Assembly (NCBI RefSeq): GCF_001447785.1
Contig: NW_015168655.1
Location: 317,263 to 381,262, forward strand
Reading direction: 5' to 3'
From: Gekko japonicus
Taxonomy: Eukaryota
Length of the DNA: 64,000 nt
Shown: piece after piece, positions 38,601 through 52,299 of the stretch
How positions within the stretch are numbered: the first letter of the stretch is position 1
Layout of the letters: every line of letters begins with the position of its first letter
Translations under genes and position numbers: made by a program
The notes under the pieces: model-generated
Told to the model about the DNA's origin: nothing
What the model saw: only the letters and a program-made list of their open reading frames with translations
Database searches by the model: none

Positions 38601-38782
38601 GTAAGCATTTGAATCTCCTAAAAATCATGGATATATGTTGGGTCAGGAATGGTCAACTGGTGGCAAATTGACAAGGTCTGCCCTCTAAAGTAATGGGGAT
38701 CCCTTTATATGTTAAAAAAAATAAAACTACATTTGGATAATGACACCACCTGAGAAGCTGGATGCATTTAATTTGAAAATGG

Positions 38783-38916
38783 ATTCAGGTGGGTAGCCGT
38801 TGGTCTGAAGCAATAGAACAAATTTTGAGCCTAGTGCTACCTTTTTGCACACAAAAGCTTATACCCAGAATTAAACTTCGTTGGTCTTAAAGGTGCCGCT
38901 GAACTCAAACTTTGTT
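38783..38916. mobile_element. Penelope pLTR-derived remnant
   Basis: aaagcttatacccagaattaaacttcgttggtcttaaaggtgcc, same family as 48350-48580. Confidence 0.75.
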
Positions 38917-39811
38917 GTATTTAATATGAGTAATTTACTTACATTGTTATATTTAATTGTTGTATTTAATTTGAGTTTTTAATATGTTATACTTTGTTGT
39001 AATGTACTTGGGAACAAATTTGTAAACAGCAGGTGACTACTGAGGGCGATGAAACAAAGGTGATTGTGGGTGTAGTAGTTGGCTGTATTTTAATACAGCT
39101 TTGTATTCCTAAATATACTGAAGTACAAATTATTCTGAAATAAGTTAGTTTAAAACTAAGGACCTAACAAGTTATCACATATAAAGTTTTCTGTTTATTT
39201 ATATAGAATTGAGACTCTTGAGCATACAAACATTCCATGGTGGGAATCTAAATGTTTAACAAAAGGCTCGTGTAGAGATGGAATTTCTTTGCCCCCGCAG
39301 TCGGAGTAACAAGTGGCTCTCCCCCCTCCCCCCGATTTTCACTAGACCAGCAAGTATCAGTGCATGCTGATGCACCCTTTTGGCCTAGCACTTAAAATTC
39401 ATGGGCTGTAGCCTATGAATTCTTTCTGTTAAATGGTAGACTATTTCACTGGTGCATGGAGCCTTCCTCTGGTAGAACATATGTATTCTGCTGGAGCAAA
39501 ACTTTGTGTATCAGAGGAACACTACCTGTTAAGCAGAAAGGATTTACAGGATCCAACATGATGTATAAGAAATCTTGGAAAGGAATGAAGGGCTTCTAGT
39601 GCTAACTTAAGAAATCTTGCTCCTAGAAACACAGCTAGTCTGATGCCTGAAGAATGAAAACAGAAGGCTGAAGGAAACCTTCAGTACACCTACAATATAT
39701 GTTGTAAATGCTGAAAAGAAGAAATGCTTTATGGAGAACCATTCTTTGGATCAGTGAATGTGCAGTAGAATTGTGGGGAGATTTCAACTGATGGCAGTTA
39801 GGTAGGATGAG

Positions 39812-40995
39812 CATAGAATCATAGAATCATAGAGTTGGAAGGGACCTCCAAGGTCATCTAGTCCAACTCCCTGCACAATGCAAGAAATTTACAAATACCT
39901 CCCCCTCCACACCCATAGTTACCACTGTCCCACACCCAGAAGATGACAAAAAAACCCTCCAGGATTGCTTCCTGACCCCAAAGTGGCAATCAGCATTTCC
40001 CTGAGCATGTAAAAAAGGGCCACAAGAACTAAGCACTGAGGCAACCCTTCCTGCCCTCCCTCTCATGATCTGCCTAAGTTCACAGAATCCGCATTGCTGT
40101 CAGATGGCCATCTAGCCTCTGTTTGAAAACCTCCAAAGGAGAGCCCACCACTTCCTGTGGAAGCCTGTTCCACTGAGGAACCACTCTAACTGTCAGGAAG
40201 GTCTTCTTAATGTTTAGCCAAAAACTCTTCTGATTCTGGTCCGACCTTCTGGGGCAACAGAAAACAACTCTGTACCATCCTCTACCATCCTCTAGATGAC
40301 AGCCCTTCAAGTACTTGAAGATGGTTATCATATCACTTCTCATTCGTCTCCTCTCCAGGCTACACATACCCAGCTCCTTCAACTTTTCATTATAGGACTT
40401 GGTCTCCAGACCCCTCACCATCTTCGTTGCTCTCCTCTGGACGTATTCTATTTTGTCTATATCCTTAAATTGTGGTGCCCAAAACTGAACACAATATTCT
40501 AGGTGAGGTCTAACCAGAGCAGAGAAAAGTGGTACCATCACTTCACGTGATCTGGACACTATACATCTGTTGCTACAGCCCAAAATTGCATTTGCCTTTT
40601 TAGCAACCACATCACACTGCTGACTCATGTTCAGTGTATGGTCTACTAAGACCCCTAGATCCTTTTCCACATACTACTGCCAAGACAAGTCTCCCCCATC
40701 CTACAATTATGCATTTGATTATTCCTACCTAAATGCTGAACTTTACATTTATCCCCATTGAAATTCATTTTATTTGTTTTAGCCCAGTTTTGCAGCCTGT
40801 CGAGATCATCCTGTATCCTGTATCCTGACTCTGTCTTCTACCATATTTGCTACCCCTCCCAATTTAGTGTCATCTGCAAATCTAATAAGCATTCCCTCTA
40901 TCCCTTCATCCAAATCATTGATAAAGATGTTGAACAAAACAGGTCCCAGGACAGATCCTTGAGGCACTCCACTTGTCATTCCACTCCAAGAGAAT
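39812..40995 (-). mobile_element. CR1 LINE 3' portion
   Basis: [30 protein letters not shown] and LVRPHLEYCVQFW; (ATTCTATG)n tail on the minus strand. Confidence 0.95.
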
Positions 40996-42330
40996 GAGGA
41001 GACCTGCAAGACTCATGGGAGACCCCATTTGCTCCTTTGCCTGTCCCCTTGGCTCAAGCAGTGGCAGCAGCTTGAGCTCCCACTCCTCTCACCCATTTCT
41101 CCTCCTTTTCCCTGCCCTGCTCTGCAGGGATTAGGGTGAATGGTGAGTCCCCACACACACACTCTGCTCATCCTCATCTGCCTCCAGAGCTGCCACATCT
41201 ACCTGTTGTGGTAGCAGCTCCCCTTCCGCTCATGCCAGGCCAATAGAGGAGCATTATCTGCACAAGTGCAGACATCTCTCCAGTGTTGGGGAGAGCTTCC
41301 CCACTTATTTTTTTAAAAGTTTATGATTTTTCTGCAAACCTGGGGTATCCATAGGTTTGTTGTAACATGGGCCATGTTGAGTATTAGATATATTGATTGA
41401 GGAATAACACAAAGAAAAGAGACTATGTAACTGTAATATGTACAGAATATATGGGAAATGGGGCAAAGTAACTTATATGTCAGAATGTGAGGCATCCAGG
41501 AAGAAATTTTGAACTAGTTACAAAAAAAAAATCCAATTGTTGCAATCATTTCTAAAATTAACAGAAGTAATATAGGATGACATCAATTCTAAATAGATTG
41601 ACAGATTCAATATGCAGTGGTATGGGCATTTGGAAAGACATGTCTATGACCTTGTGTGTGTAACAGTGTAACTCTATTCAGATGTTCCCTTCTAAACTGT
41701 AGGTGTAATTTTAAAAGAGGATTGGGTAGATTATGGACTGTAGAGAAATTTAGTGCCTTTTGTGAGACAGATTTGTGCCATCATTGCACATTACAGAGTT
41801 TGAGAAGTAAAAGGTAAATGCAACCCTGTCTCAGTCATAATCTTGGTCTGAAGGCATAAGATGCAGCTATTTGCATCTGGTCAGTACCTGGTCAGTATCT
41901 TCTGGAACTGCACATAAGCTGCCTTCATTATGGAAGAAAGAAGGCATATATGCAACAGATAAAATAGACAGTGGGAGAGGAGAGTTTAGAGGGAGAGTTA
42001 AATGCAGTTTAACTTCGATCTTTAATCAGGTGGCTCAGGCTTTAACAATATGGTGGGTTTGTATCTTACCATTTTGCTCAGTTTAACGCAGAGGCTACTC
42101 TCAGCTCAAAGATTCTTCCTCTGGTGGAAGAGCTTCTCTCACTGGAACAGTATTCCACTCTTTGCTAAGCAGAGAATTAGGATGAAATCAATTTCTAAAT
42201 TTTTGCCAAGGAGATTTGATAGAAACAAGCTGCAGATGATGGTCACTGCTGTTGGTAGAACTACTAAATGGTTAATCGTGGTATGGTTGTTCGTATGCAA
42301 TGAAATTCAGAGGATAAAAATAATATAGAC

Positions 42331-42529
42331 CAATGCTCCCTCTAAGCTGTGGAGTCTTGTGAGCAAAAATTCTACTTTGTGAGCTACTGGCATTAAAATT
42401 GTGACCAAGAGATTTGGTTACTGCATAAATTAGTTTGCTCTGGAGCCATCTTTCCTGAGCTAAGACAAAAATGTGTGAGCCAGAGGCTAAAAAACTGAGC
42501 TAGCTCACACTAACTTAGAGGGAACACTG
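42331..42529. mobile_element. hAT MITE
   Basis: TIRs caatgctccctctaag / cttagagggaacactg; 8-bp TSD atatagac / atgtagat. Confidence 0.8.
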
Positions 42530-45500
42530 ATGTAGATGTGTATAAGTGTTTGATATTTTGCAGTGCATCAGACTTGTATAATCAAAAAACTGCTTAGTCA
42601 AAGCACAGAATTTACGCATAGAATCTGATATATATGAGGCACAATGTTCCTGAGAAAGCAATGAAGTCTCATCATAAAATGGAAAATGCAGACAATTAAT
42701 GTAGTCTCTCTATTATTCAAACTGTAACAAGTCAGAGAGATTTGCACTGATTCTGCTTGTTTAGTTTCCTTTCTCTGTTCTTTTTATGTATGTCCTGGGC
42801 TACTTAGCTAAATGTTGAATAGGACTGATTGTAAAGGGCAAGGGATCACATTTTTGTGAATATTTCTGAAAGTTCCAAAAATTCCTCCCTTTGATTTTGT
42901 GGTGATTTAGAAGTATTTGACAAATCAGGAAACATTTCCTAACTCTGAATTAACTTTGTTGGACCTCAGTGATACATCACAGCTGAATCTGATTGGCTGT
43001 CATAATGTCATCACATTCATCATGTGATCCCCTGTTGACTCAGATGTGGCTGCTCTGAAGAACAAAGTCTAATAATTAATTAGTTATAGGGTGGACAGCA
43101 CCAAAGTACCAATAGAGCAGGGGAACTATGACAACAAACAGAATAAAGAAGCAAGGGAGGGGGAGTATACACCAGGAAAGGGGTCAGTTGGAAAGTACTA
43201 CTTTTAATCTGAAAATGGAAATACATTCAGTGTGGCTCTAATGATGAAATACAGCTAACTAGTATTCTTTGTCTAAGCTTACATATAGGGAGCAATTATT
43301 CTTCATCATATGTGTCATTGAACTTCATTAAGAATAATATCAGTCATCCCTTTTTAGACAGTCATGTGGAAGAAATCCTGCCTGAGGAATTCTGTTGTTT
43401 TGCCTTGTCTCCTCTAGACAGCTTAAGCCGACCCTGACAATGTATTAGCATTGGTGTTTAAGGTGAAGCTCCATCTCCAAAATTCTTTTCAAAATTCCCT
43501 CTGCAGAGTAATACCAAGTATCCATAAGGTGATGATGGCAAATTTTATTTCAGTATTTTGTGTGTTGAATGTATAGCCTGCTTGATCTTTTTTAAAAACA
43601 AAAGAAATAATGAAAGCTCCAGGTGGCAAAAGCATAACTTAAAGGCAGATGTTAAAACACTTGCATGCACTCATTCATTGAAACATAGCACGTGTTCATA
43701 ACTCAGCAACTTGCTAGCAATTGAAAAGCCTGCCTGAACAAGTAATTTTGCAATGCTTTGAAACATTTTTATAAAGATAGCGTATTTATTTATTTTAAAA
43801 TGGTATACTCAAGGAAACTTGCAAAAATATTTAAACCAATAAAAACACATCATAAAAATGCAGTTGGCAGTGACCACTGCTTCGGTAATCAGTTAAGACT
43901 TCCTGAAATAATGGCTTTTTAATCTGATTTCATCTTCCCAGCATCTTTTTGAGTATAATTACAGCTGTGCAAGGCCCTGATTCCGATTGGGGCCATGCAG
44001 GATTGGGAGAGCAGGCTTAACTGTTTTACTCTTGCACAAGTTCTCTAGCCTTCAAAACTGGCAGAAGATAGGTCCCCATCTTTTTTTAGCTCCCTTTGAA
44101 AGACTAATACAGCAAAACCATGCAGGGATAGAAAGGTCATCTTCTCTATGTGGCCCTGTTTTGAATTGGGGCCTCACATAGCTGTAACTTGTCTTTGAAA
44201 GATTGATGGAGATGTGTGATCATCATTGCATGCAGCTTGATCCAAAGATGGCACTGATTTTTAACTGGCACGTAGAGCATTTGAAACGACTCAGTCTCTC
44301 AGATTAGTTGTTGCCAAGTCGTGAAGGGATATGGTGGGAGTATGTCTAGGGTCAGCAACCAAACATTTGCCCTCATTTGATACTCAACATAAAATGGTAT
44401 TTACTGTTGCTGGAACTTGGACAAAAAGATATGGTATTTGATACCTGACATCTGACAGTAAGCAAAAACATTTAATATATGACTTTCATATTTGATTTGC
44501 TACTGGATGGTGTGTGTATGAGGGAGACAAGAAAGATTTTTATCTACTTCAACCAGTTCTCTTAAATATTGAAAAGCTCACAAAAATACTAGAAAAATCC
44601 TGACCCCTTTCCAAAAAACTGTCCAGTGAGCATTCAGTATAGTTGTTGCTCTCCCAGAGTCACAAAAAGTTGGCTAAAGTTGGCTAAAAGGAAAGTCCAC
44701 ATGGACAATGAAAGAGGATGGGGAAACTGGCCGGCCTGACAAACAAGGTTATAGTATTTTTTAGAGGAGAGGTGAGGGCTGTGGGGAATCTGCACTATAA
44801 AGTGTGTGTCCACTCACCTGAATCCCTTCCTCAGCCAGCCTGGAGGATGTTATAAGCTTTTACAGGCCCTGAAGCTAAAATTGTTGCGGTAGGGGATTGG
44901 TTAAAATTGGAAAAATCACACTCTGGTTCTTAATTGCTTTCACTCTCAGCCACATTCCTGATGGCTGTGCTGCAAAAGGAACAGATGTTTGCTTATGATT
45001 TGGAATGGATGCTGTGAAATCTGCATTCCTCAAACCCTCCCACACAAAATGGGAGGAAGAGGTAGAAATACCACCAACCCTGTGGCCAGGTGAACAGCTT
45101 CATGCTTATCTTGCTCTAAACGTCAGCAGTCAGCGATATGCTGTCTAGCCTGACTGCTAAGATTCAGGACCACAGAAGCACAAGATACTTAGGCAGCTTC
45201 AGAGTTCAGCAGAGTAGAGTGGCCATCAGGCGTCGCAAACCATGTCCTGTCCCTTTAACAGAGGCTTCCTGTGTGGAAATGGGCAGCTGAAGCTTTTTAT
45301 GTCATGGAGGTAAATAACATCCATTGCAAATAACATCCTGTAATGTCTCTATTAAAGGGACAGGTTACTATTTTTTTCTCCAGGCAGTCGGTAACCTTAC
45401 CATGCCATTGTGCTCTAGGGAAATGTTTAAATTCCCCTTTGTAGGCCTCACAACTTGTTATGCTGCATCTTGTCTTGCTGTGCTCACATCAAGTTGTGAG

Positions 45501-48351
45501 CTAAGGTCCCAGATCCCTCCTTCCTGTTACTTGGTTGCTGTTTTTTGGTTTTGTACATTTTAAATAGCCCAGGACTTAGCATGGAGTGCCACTGGGAACA
45601 AAACACTTGCAGTTGGATATAATGGATTCCATGACTTGTGTATATATATGCACACCAAAGCTGAACGTTCCAGTATTCAAAGGTTTAATATTAATAAATT
45701 GTAAAATATTAATGGAACTGTTAATGGGGGTAGATGATAGGAAAAATAAAGATATAGAAATTTTGAAGATAGTAGGTGGAATTAATGTGAAGAGTGTTGG
45801 GGATTGGTTTTTTGTTTTTTTGTTTTGATAAGATCAGCTGAATTGCTTTCATTAACAAAAGACGTATGTTGGAGGAGCCTGGAGCACTACTTTGTAGTAT
45901 TGCTGCCTTCAAAAGGGCCCCTTTTGCAAACGAGTGCACAAACAAATGTGTGGAACCTGTCCTTTCACTGCCTCTATTTAATGGTATTCTATTATTGGCC
46001 TTCATGGTCACTTTACACGGTGTCTCATGTATTCGGATTTCCTGACAACTACAGTACATACATACAAAAGCAGTTTGATCTCCTCTCTCTCTCCTTGCTT
46101 GTGCATCCAGACACTGATGTCCTTTGCAGCAACTGGGGATTCAGGTGTGGAATACGGTCTTGCACAACCTTAGATTTATATTCAAAGGTTGCAGCAGCAG
46201 TGGTGAACCACTTGTGAATTTCACAGATAAACCGGCTCCTTTCCACATTAAATTTATTTAAGGAACTTTTGTTTTGCTTTCCTGTTTAAAAAAAACCTCA
46301 AGGCAATATACGACAGTTCCTTAAAAAAGTTCCTGCAGTTCCTGCAGAGGTTTCAGAAAATCTTGTCAACTTTACTTTTTTTGTAGCCATATACCATCTA
46401 ACTGGTTGCTATCACTGGACAATGAGTAGGGTGTACTAGGTTAGCATACTGGACTGGAACTGAAGTTTTCTGGGCTCAAATCCACATTCTCCCATGATGC
46501 TCCTGTGTAATCTTGGGCCAGTCATTCTTGCTAAGTGTAACCTTCCTCACAGGGTATTGTGAGGGTAAAATGGCAAGGAGAATCGTGTATGTCACCTTAA
46601 ACAGAAGAGGAGAAAAATCCCATGGGACATTACAGCAGCTTTCCATGGATGTCAGTGCAAGGCTTTCCAAATCCTGCTTCTTTCTGTTCTAGAACTGCTG
46701 AAAAGGCAAAGTTGAATATGATTCTGGCCCCTTGGATGTACGAAGGATCCATCCTGCCAATTAGTGGCATCAGTTTTCTCAAAACCATTTTAGACCAAAA
46801 GCACTACTTCCAAATGTAGACCAGTATAGCTTATATCATTATATTTAATATTAAACATAGACACACAAACACATACCAAGAATTTCTGTATTAATAATTT
46901 AATGTATTTCCCATCTACTTCATACCAATTGGGATTTTGAAATGGAAATTCCTGAACCTAAGATGTTGTCAAAAATATATGCCAAGAAGTCTAACAATGA
47001 CATCCTAAACAGGATCACACCCTTCTAAACTTCATGATTTCAGTGGATTTGCAAGGGCATGTCTCTTCTTAGGATGATTATTTTGCAAGGGACTGAAATC
47101 CTGATTAATTTGCAAATGTGGATGCTACTATTTCTGTTGATCTCAGCTTTAGAATAGTGTGGGGCATCATTTTGAACTGGGAACGCCAGGGATTGAACCT
47201 GGGAGATTCTGCTTTCCACAATCCCGCAGATGAAACCCAATAATTACACATCAAATTTTGTAAATAAAACATTTTTGTTACAAATAATAGTCTCAATAGG
47301 AAAGTGTGATTTCAGAACTTCTTTGAGTGATGAATAAAATATTATTAGTTTTTTCTTTGTCCCTATTAAGGAAGGAAGAATTAGTGTTATGCACAGTCTA
47401 GCTAATTTTCCTGACAGATTCTATAAATTAATTTGGTCCACTTATCATTTAAAAGGATATAGCTAATATAAGTGCATTAGGTTTTCCTTTAATACTTTTT
47501 CACTACTGTGCCTTATGTAATTATATCTGTTATTTGATCTTTAAATGTGTCTTCTTGTTTCAGAGAGAATAGCAAATCACAGTTCTTATTCTGAAGATTT
47601 TTTCTTATAAACAGTCAATGAACTCCCTTTTTATTATTATGGGCCATGTGGTTCAAAGGCTTCCTTTTATCTTTGACATTATTTAGCGACTAACAATGAA
47701 TTCTAGTGAATAAGCAATGAAGGCAGGTATCACCACATCTGTTAAGATGGTCAGCTCATGCTTAACTACAGAATGCAAAGGGGCTCTGAAACTTATCTGC
47801 CTGGTGGGAGTTTGAAGTGTGAGCCAAGCAACTGAGAAAGCTGGCAGCTTTGAAACTGGTGCAGGGAGGCAAAGTGGCTATAGGGTGGTTTCTGTTTCTG
47901 TGGGGGTGACTGCAAATTCAGTATTAACACTGTCTCCCTAGTTTACTTCATTCTTTGTTCATAGTCTGCCTTTTTTTACTGAGATTGAGTCAGATTACAC
48001 AAATTAAAATACTGTAATGCAATCAGCAGTATAATATATACAATTAAAAATGCAATACAGGATTGCACAATTAGCACACTAAAAACATTGTCCTGTGTAC
48101 TGTAAAACCATATAATGCATATAACAAACAAAACTAGGTTACAAAATTAGAGAAGGGGTGGGGATAGTATTATGTATACACTGAACCAAGCAATGAAATC
48201 TACCTAAAATTTTACAGCCATTAACAGTGACCTTCTTAAAAGTTCTTCTGAACCATTAGAAAAATAGTGCAACATTATAGTGTAGAGTTTGTTACAAAAA
48301 CAATTTGCTGCTTATTGGTATGTTTTTGTTTAAATACAAGGAGGTTATTTT

Positions 48352-48580
48352 TCATAGAACAAAGCTTCAGTCGGGTGGTACCTTTAAGACCAACTAAGTT
48401 TAATTCTAGGTGTAAGCTCTCATGTGCATGCACACTTCATCAAATATGTTTCAAAGTATCTGATGAAGTGTCCATGCACATGAAAGCTTATACCCAGAAT
48501 TAAACTTTGTTGGTCTTAAAGGTGCCCCTGGACTCAAGCTTTGTTCTGTTGCTTCAGACCAACACGACTACCCACCTGAA
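48352..48580. mobile_element. Penelope pLTR-derived palindrome with hammerhead motifs on both strands
   Basis: Arms cctttaagaccaac...gttggtcttaaagg; + strand gtat-CTGATGA-agtgtccatgcacat-GAAA-gctt-atac at 48456-48493. Confidence 0.8.
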
Positions 48581-48884
48581 GTTATTTGTCATAGTAAACC
48601 AGCAAAAGTCTCTGTTCCTGCCTGGAAATTTCTGGGTTGGGTGAAGGGTGGGAATGAAACAAACATAATTCTATAATTATACTAAGAGTAAGGTCTGTTG
48701 TGGGAAGAAATACAACGAGCTCCAGAAGGAAGCTCCGGGTGAGTGTCCCGACTGTGGCTGGTGGGGCGGCAGAAGGAAGGGGAAAATAGAGGGAGGCAAG
48801 CCACGTTTCTTTCCTTCTGCTTATCTATAAGGCAGGGCTGTCACATTTTGCTGCCCCAAGTAGGTAGTATGGGAGAACAGCCTC

Positions 48885-49440
48885 ATGGTAACAGGTATGG
48901 TTCCCTCCATCCCTGACTTATGTTGATTTGGGGTTATGCAGTGGCAGCTAAGGCAGAAAAGCACCTCCTATGCCATGTCTTCTGGGTTCCAAGGGTCTGG
49001 AAAGCAGTTCCATAGCCAGTTAAAGGTTTACCAACTCTGGGTTGGGAAATACCTGTAGATTTGAGAGGTAGAGCCTTCAGAGAGAAGGGGTGTGGAGGAA
49101 CCTCAGCAGGGTATGATGCCATAGAGTCCATTGTCCAAAGCAGCCATTTTTTTGCAGGAGAACTGATCTCAGTCATCTGGACATCAGTTGTAATAGCTGG
49201 AGATCCCCAAGTGCCGCCTGGAGGTTGGCTTATGTTAATTTGGGGCTATGCAGTGGCAGCTAAGGTAGAAAAGCACCCACTGCCCAAAGCAGCCATTATC
49301 TCCAGTAGAACTGATCTTGGTCATCTGGAGATCAATTGTAATAGCTGGAAAATTATCTGTAGGGGAAATTATGTACTGTGGCTGGGGAACACGGTGATTT
49401 CTGGGAGATCTCCAGGCCCCACAGGGAGATTGGCAACTCC
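48885..49440. mobile_element. Composite hAT (Blackjack-like) derived repeat; related copy at about 33700-34020
   Basis: Shared catggtaac..gttgatttgggg..gcagctaagg..gggttccaag..ccaactctggg blocks; tagggttgccaa-type termini. Confidence 0.6.
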
Positions 49441-49953
49441 AGTGACAATTTAAGGGAAGATTGGGACATGTATTTTACCTCAGGACATGTTCAGTGACTC
49501 CCAACAGCAACAACAAACTGTTTAGAATGTTAGAGGCAAAGGCCAATCAGGCCGCATATGCAAATAACCTCTGTATTTCGACTGGCAATGGGGGGGAGAG
49601 GAACAGCAAACTATTTGGAATGTTGGAGACAGGACTCAGGCAACACAGCCAGTGGATAGGGACAGCTTCTGAGTGACACATCATGGAGCCAAGTGATTTA
49701 GGAACATGTGGAATGTTCAGAAAGTGCCACCCCACTTCACAATTATATATAAGGAGAGATTACATAGGATGTTTCATTATCCCATAGATGACAGGTAAAC
49801 ATAAGAACAATTTCACTACAATTAAAACTTCACTTAACTTTGCTTCAGGATAGGGGTAGAATTTAGCATTCATGTCTGTGTGGCTAGTTAAGTTCACTAT
49901 TTTATTTTACATTTTATGCAGTTACTTTTCAGATGATTTTTTTAATCCTCCAG

Positions 49954-50074
49954 GTTTTGGGTCTTGTCCAAAACATGAGTGTTTTCCAGTGCCCAAAATG
50001 TAATCATGAAACTCATATTTTTGGAACTGATGGTGTGAGAAGCCTAGCAGATGATCTTGGCCTGGATGTTTTAG
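49954..50074 (+). CDS. NUBPL: NUBPL coding exon (equivalent to human exon 9), carries the Fe-S binding CxxC motif
   Basis: cctccag acceptor and gtaagg donor; [40 protein letters not shown](G); 121 bp. Confidence 0.97.
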
Positions 50075-50329
50075 GTAAGGTCATCATGATTTAAAACAAT
50101 TCTCTAAATAAGCAGAAGTTAGAAGAAATGTCAGGAGAAATCCAGAGTTAATTGTTTCTGTAAATTAAAATACATTGGCTTGAATCCAGCAATACGCAAG
50201 CTGAAATGAACAGACTTAGCACATTTCCACTTGCTCAAGAACTTGTACAACATCTATTGCTTCCCTTCCTATTTATTATAGTGCCCAGAAATTGGTTGCA
50301 TGAGATCTTGCACAAGCAGAAAAGCAATT

Positions 50330-50520
50330 GGTAGTGGAATGTGCCATCAAGTCACAGTTGACTTATGGTGACCTCTTGGGGATTTCAAGGCAAGAGACAT
50401 TCAAAGTTGGTTTGCCTTTGCATAGTGACCCTGGACTTCCTTGGTTTCCCATACAAATACTAACCAGGGCCAACCCTGCTTAGCGGCCGAGAGCTAGCCT
50501 GGACCATTCAGGTCGGGGTA
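50330..50520 (-). mobile_element. 5S-derived SINE (antisense)
   Basis: Reverse complement of gctaagcagggttggccctggttagtatttg plus the SINE tail. Confidence 0.8.
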
Positions 50521-50565
50521 GAAACACAAGTGCAGATACTGCCACAGTCTTTTTGTGTTTTTCTT

Positions 50566-51010
50566 AGAATCATAGAGTTACAAGGGGTCATACAGGCCAT
50601 CTAGTCCAAAACCCCACCAATGCAGGATCAGCCTAGAGTATCCCTGACAAGTGTTCATCCAGCCTCTGCTTAAAGACTGCCAGTGAGGGGGAGCTCACCA
50701 CCTCCCTAGGCAGCTGATTCTACTGCTGAACTACTTGTACAGTAAAAACTTTCCCCCTAATATCCAGCTGGTACCTTTCTACCTGTAATTTAAACCCATT
50801 ACTGTGACTCCGATCATCTGCTGCCAACAGAAACAGCTGCCTGCCCTCCTCTAAGTGACAGCCTCTTGGATACTTAAAGAGAGCAATCATGTTCCCCTCA
50901 ACCTCCTCTTCTCCAGACTGAACATTCCCAAGTCCATCAACCTTTCCTTGTAGGGCTTGGTCTCCAGGCCCCTGATCATCTTTGTCAATCTCTTCTGATC
51001 ATCCTCTTCA
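50566..51010 (-). mobile_element. CR1 LINE 3' fragment
   Basis: [30 protein letters not shown]; agaatcataga tail. Confidence 0.9.
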
Positions 51011-52299
51011 GGGTTGGCTCCCTGAAATTCTTTGTGTGAGAATAGGAACAGCATAGAGGCCAAAATGGAGATCTGCAGTGGGAGAGCTGAATCAATGGGA
51101 ATTGTTGTCTCCCCCCCCCACCTTTCCACAAATGGAAATGCCATTCTGACAGAGGAAGTGCTACTGGTATATAACATGCTTCTCATCTAATTGTCAGAAG
51201 CCTATGGGGGGCAGGGTCTTGTCTGCTGGGTAAGAATCAGCCTCTGAACTTCTTCAGCCTGAGGGGGAATGGGGGCGGACACTGACTAAGCAGGTTATTT
51301 ATTTTTTGGGGGGGGGAAATGCCTATTCTCTGAAGTGGGCAGTGTCAGTGCAGCTTCCACACCTTACTGAGGAAGAAGTTTGCAGTCATTGATGTAAACA
51401 GAATAGAGAACAGTGTTGAATGGTTTGATGTTCGATAATGAACTGTAAAATATAGCGTACCTTAATTAAACTGGTAGATATGATAATAATGCTTGTAAAG
51501 TTTTCATGGACTGGTATAGTGGCATCAGTTCATGCAAGTTATTCATTAAGAACCGGGAAAGCTGACTTCATAAAAACCTTCATCAGAACATCAGAGGCTG
51601 ACGCAGACCTAGCACACCAAGAAAATTAATAATTAAAAGTACACAGTTGAGTTAGCTTAGCTGTCTGCTGGAGGCCATAATGACAATTAGAGCCTGGGAC
51701 TTCGCTTTAGCCTTTAGGTATCCTAGTCAGCAAGAAGCCTGTAGTGGCCAGCCTTCCAACAAGTAAGAGTAGATTAATTTCTTTTCCAACAGGCACCTGT
51801 ACTAATGGAAGCAAATAATTAATCAGCAGCATAAGAAAGAAATGTACTTGCATTGGGTGTACAGCAAGTTTTTCTCATCTTAAGCTAAAGTATGGGAAAG
51901 AATAAAGGGAGCAAAAGTGTTCAGGCATTTATTTTCAACTGTACAGCATTTTGAACAGCTTCTGAATTATCCTTTTTTTAAAATCCCACCCTTTCTCCAA
52001 GGAGCTCAAGAAGGTGTACTTGGATCTCCCCTCCTTCATTTTATCTTCAAAACAACCCTATGAGGTAGGTCAGTTTGAGAGAGAGTGGCTGAGCCAAGGT
52101 CACCCAGTAAATGTCATGGAAAGCAGGGATTTGAACCCCGGCCTCCCTGTTCCTAGACTGACACACATTATGCTACACTGATTCTCAGTGTTAATATTCA
52201 TTCACGGTATATCACAGATGGTCAGATTAATTACTTTCCCCTCTTTTTTTATAAGGTTAAAGTTCCATCTTGCATTTATTTAGCAAACTAATACCTGAC

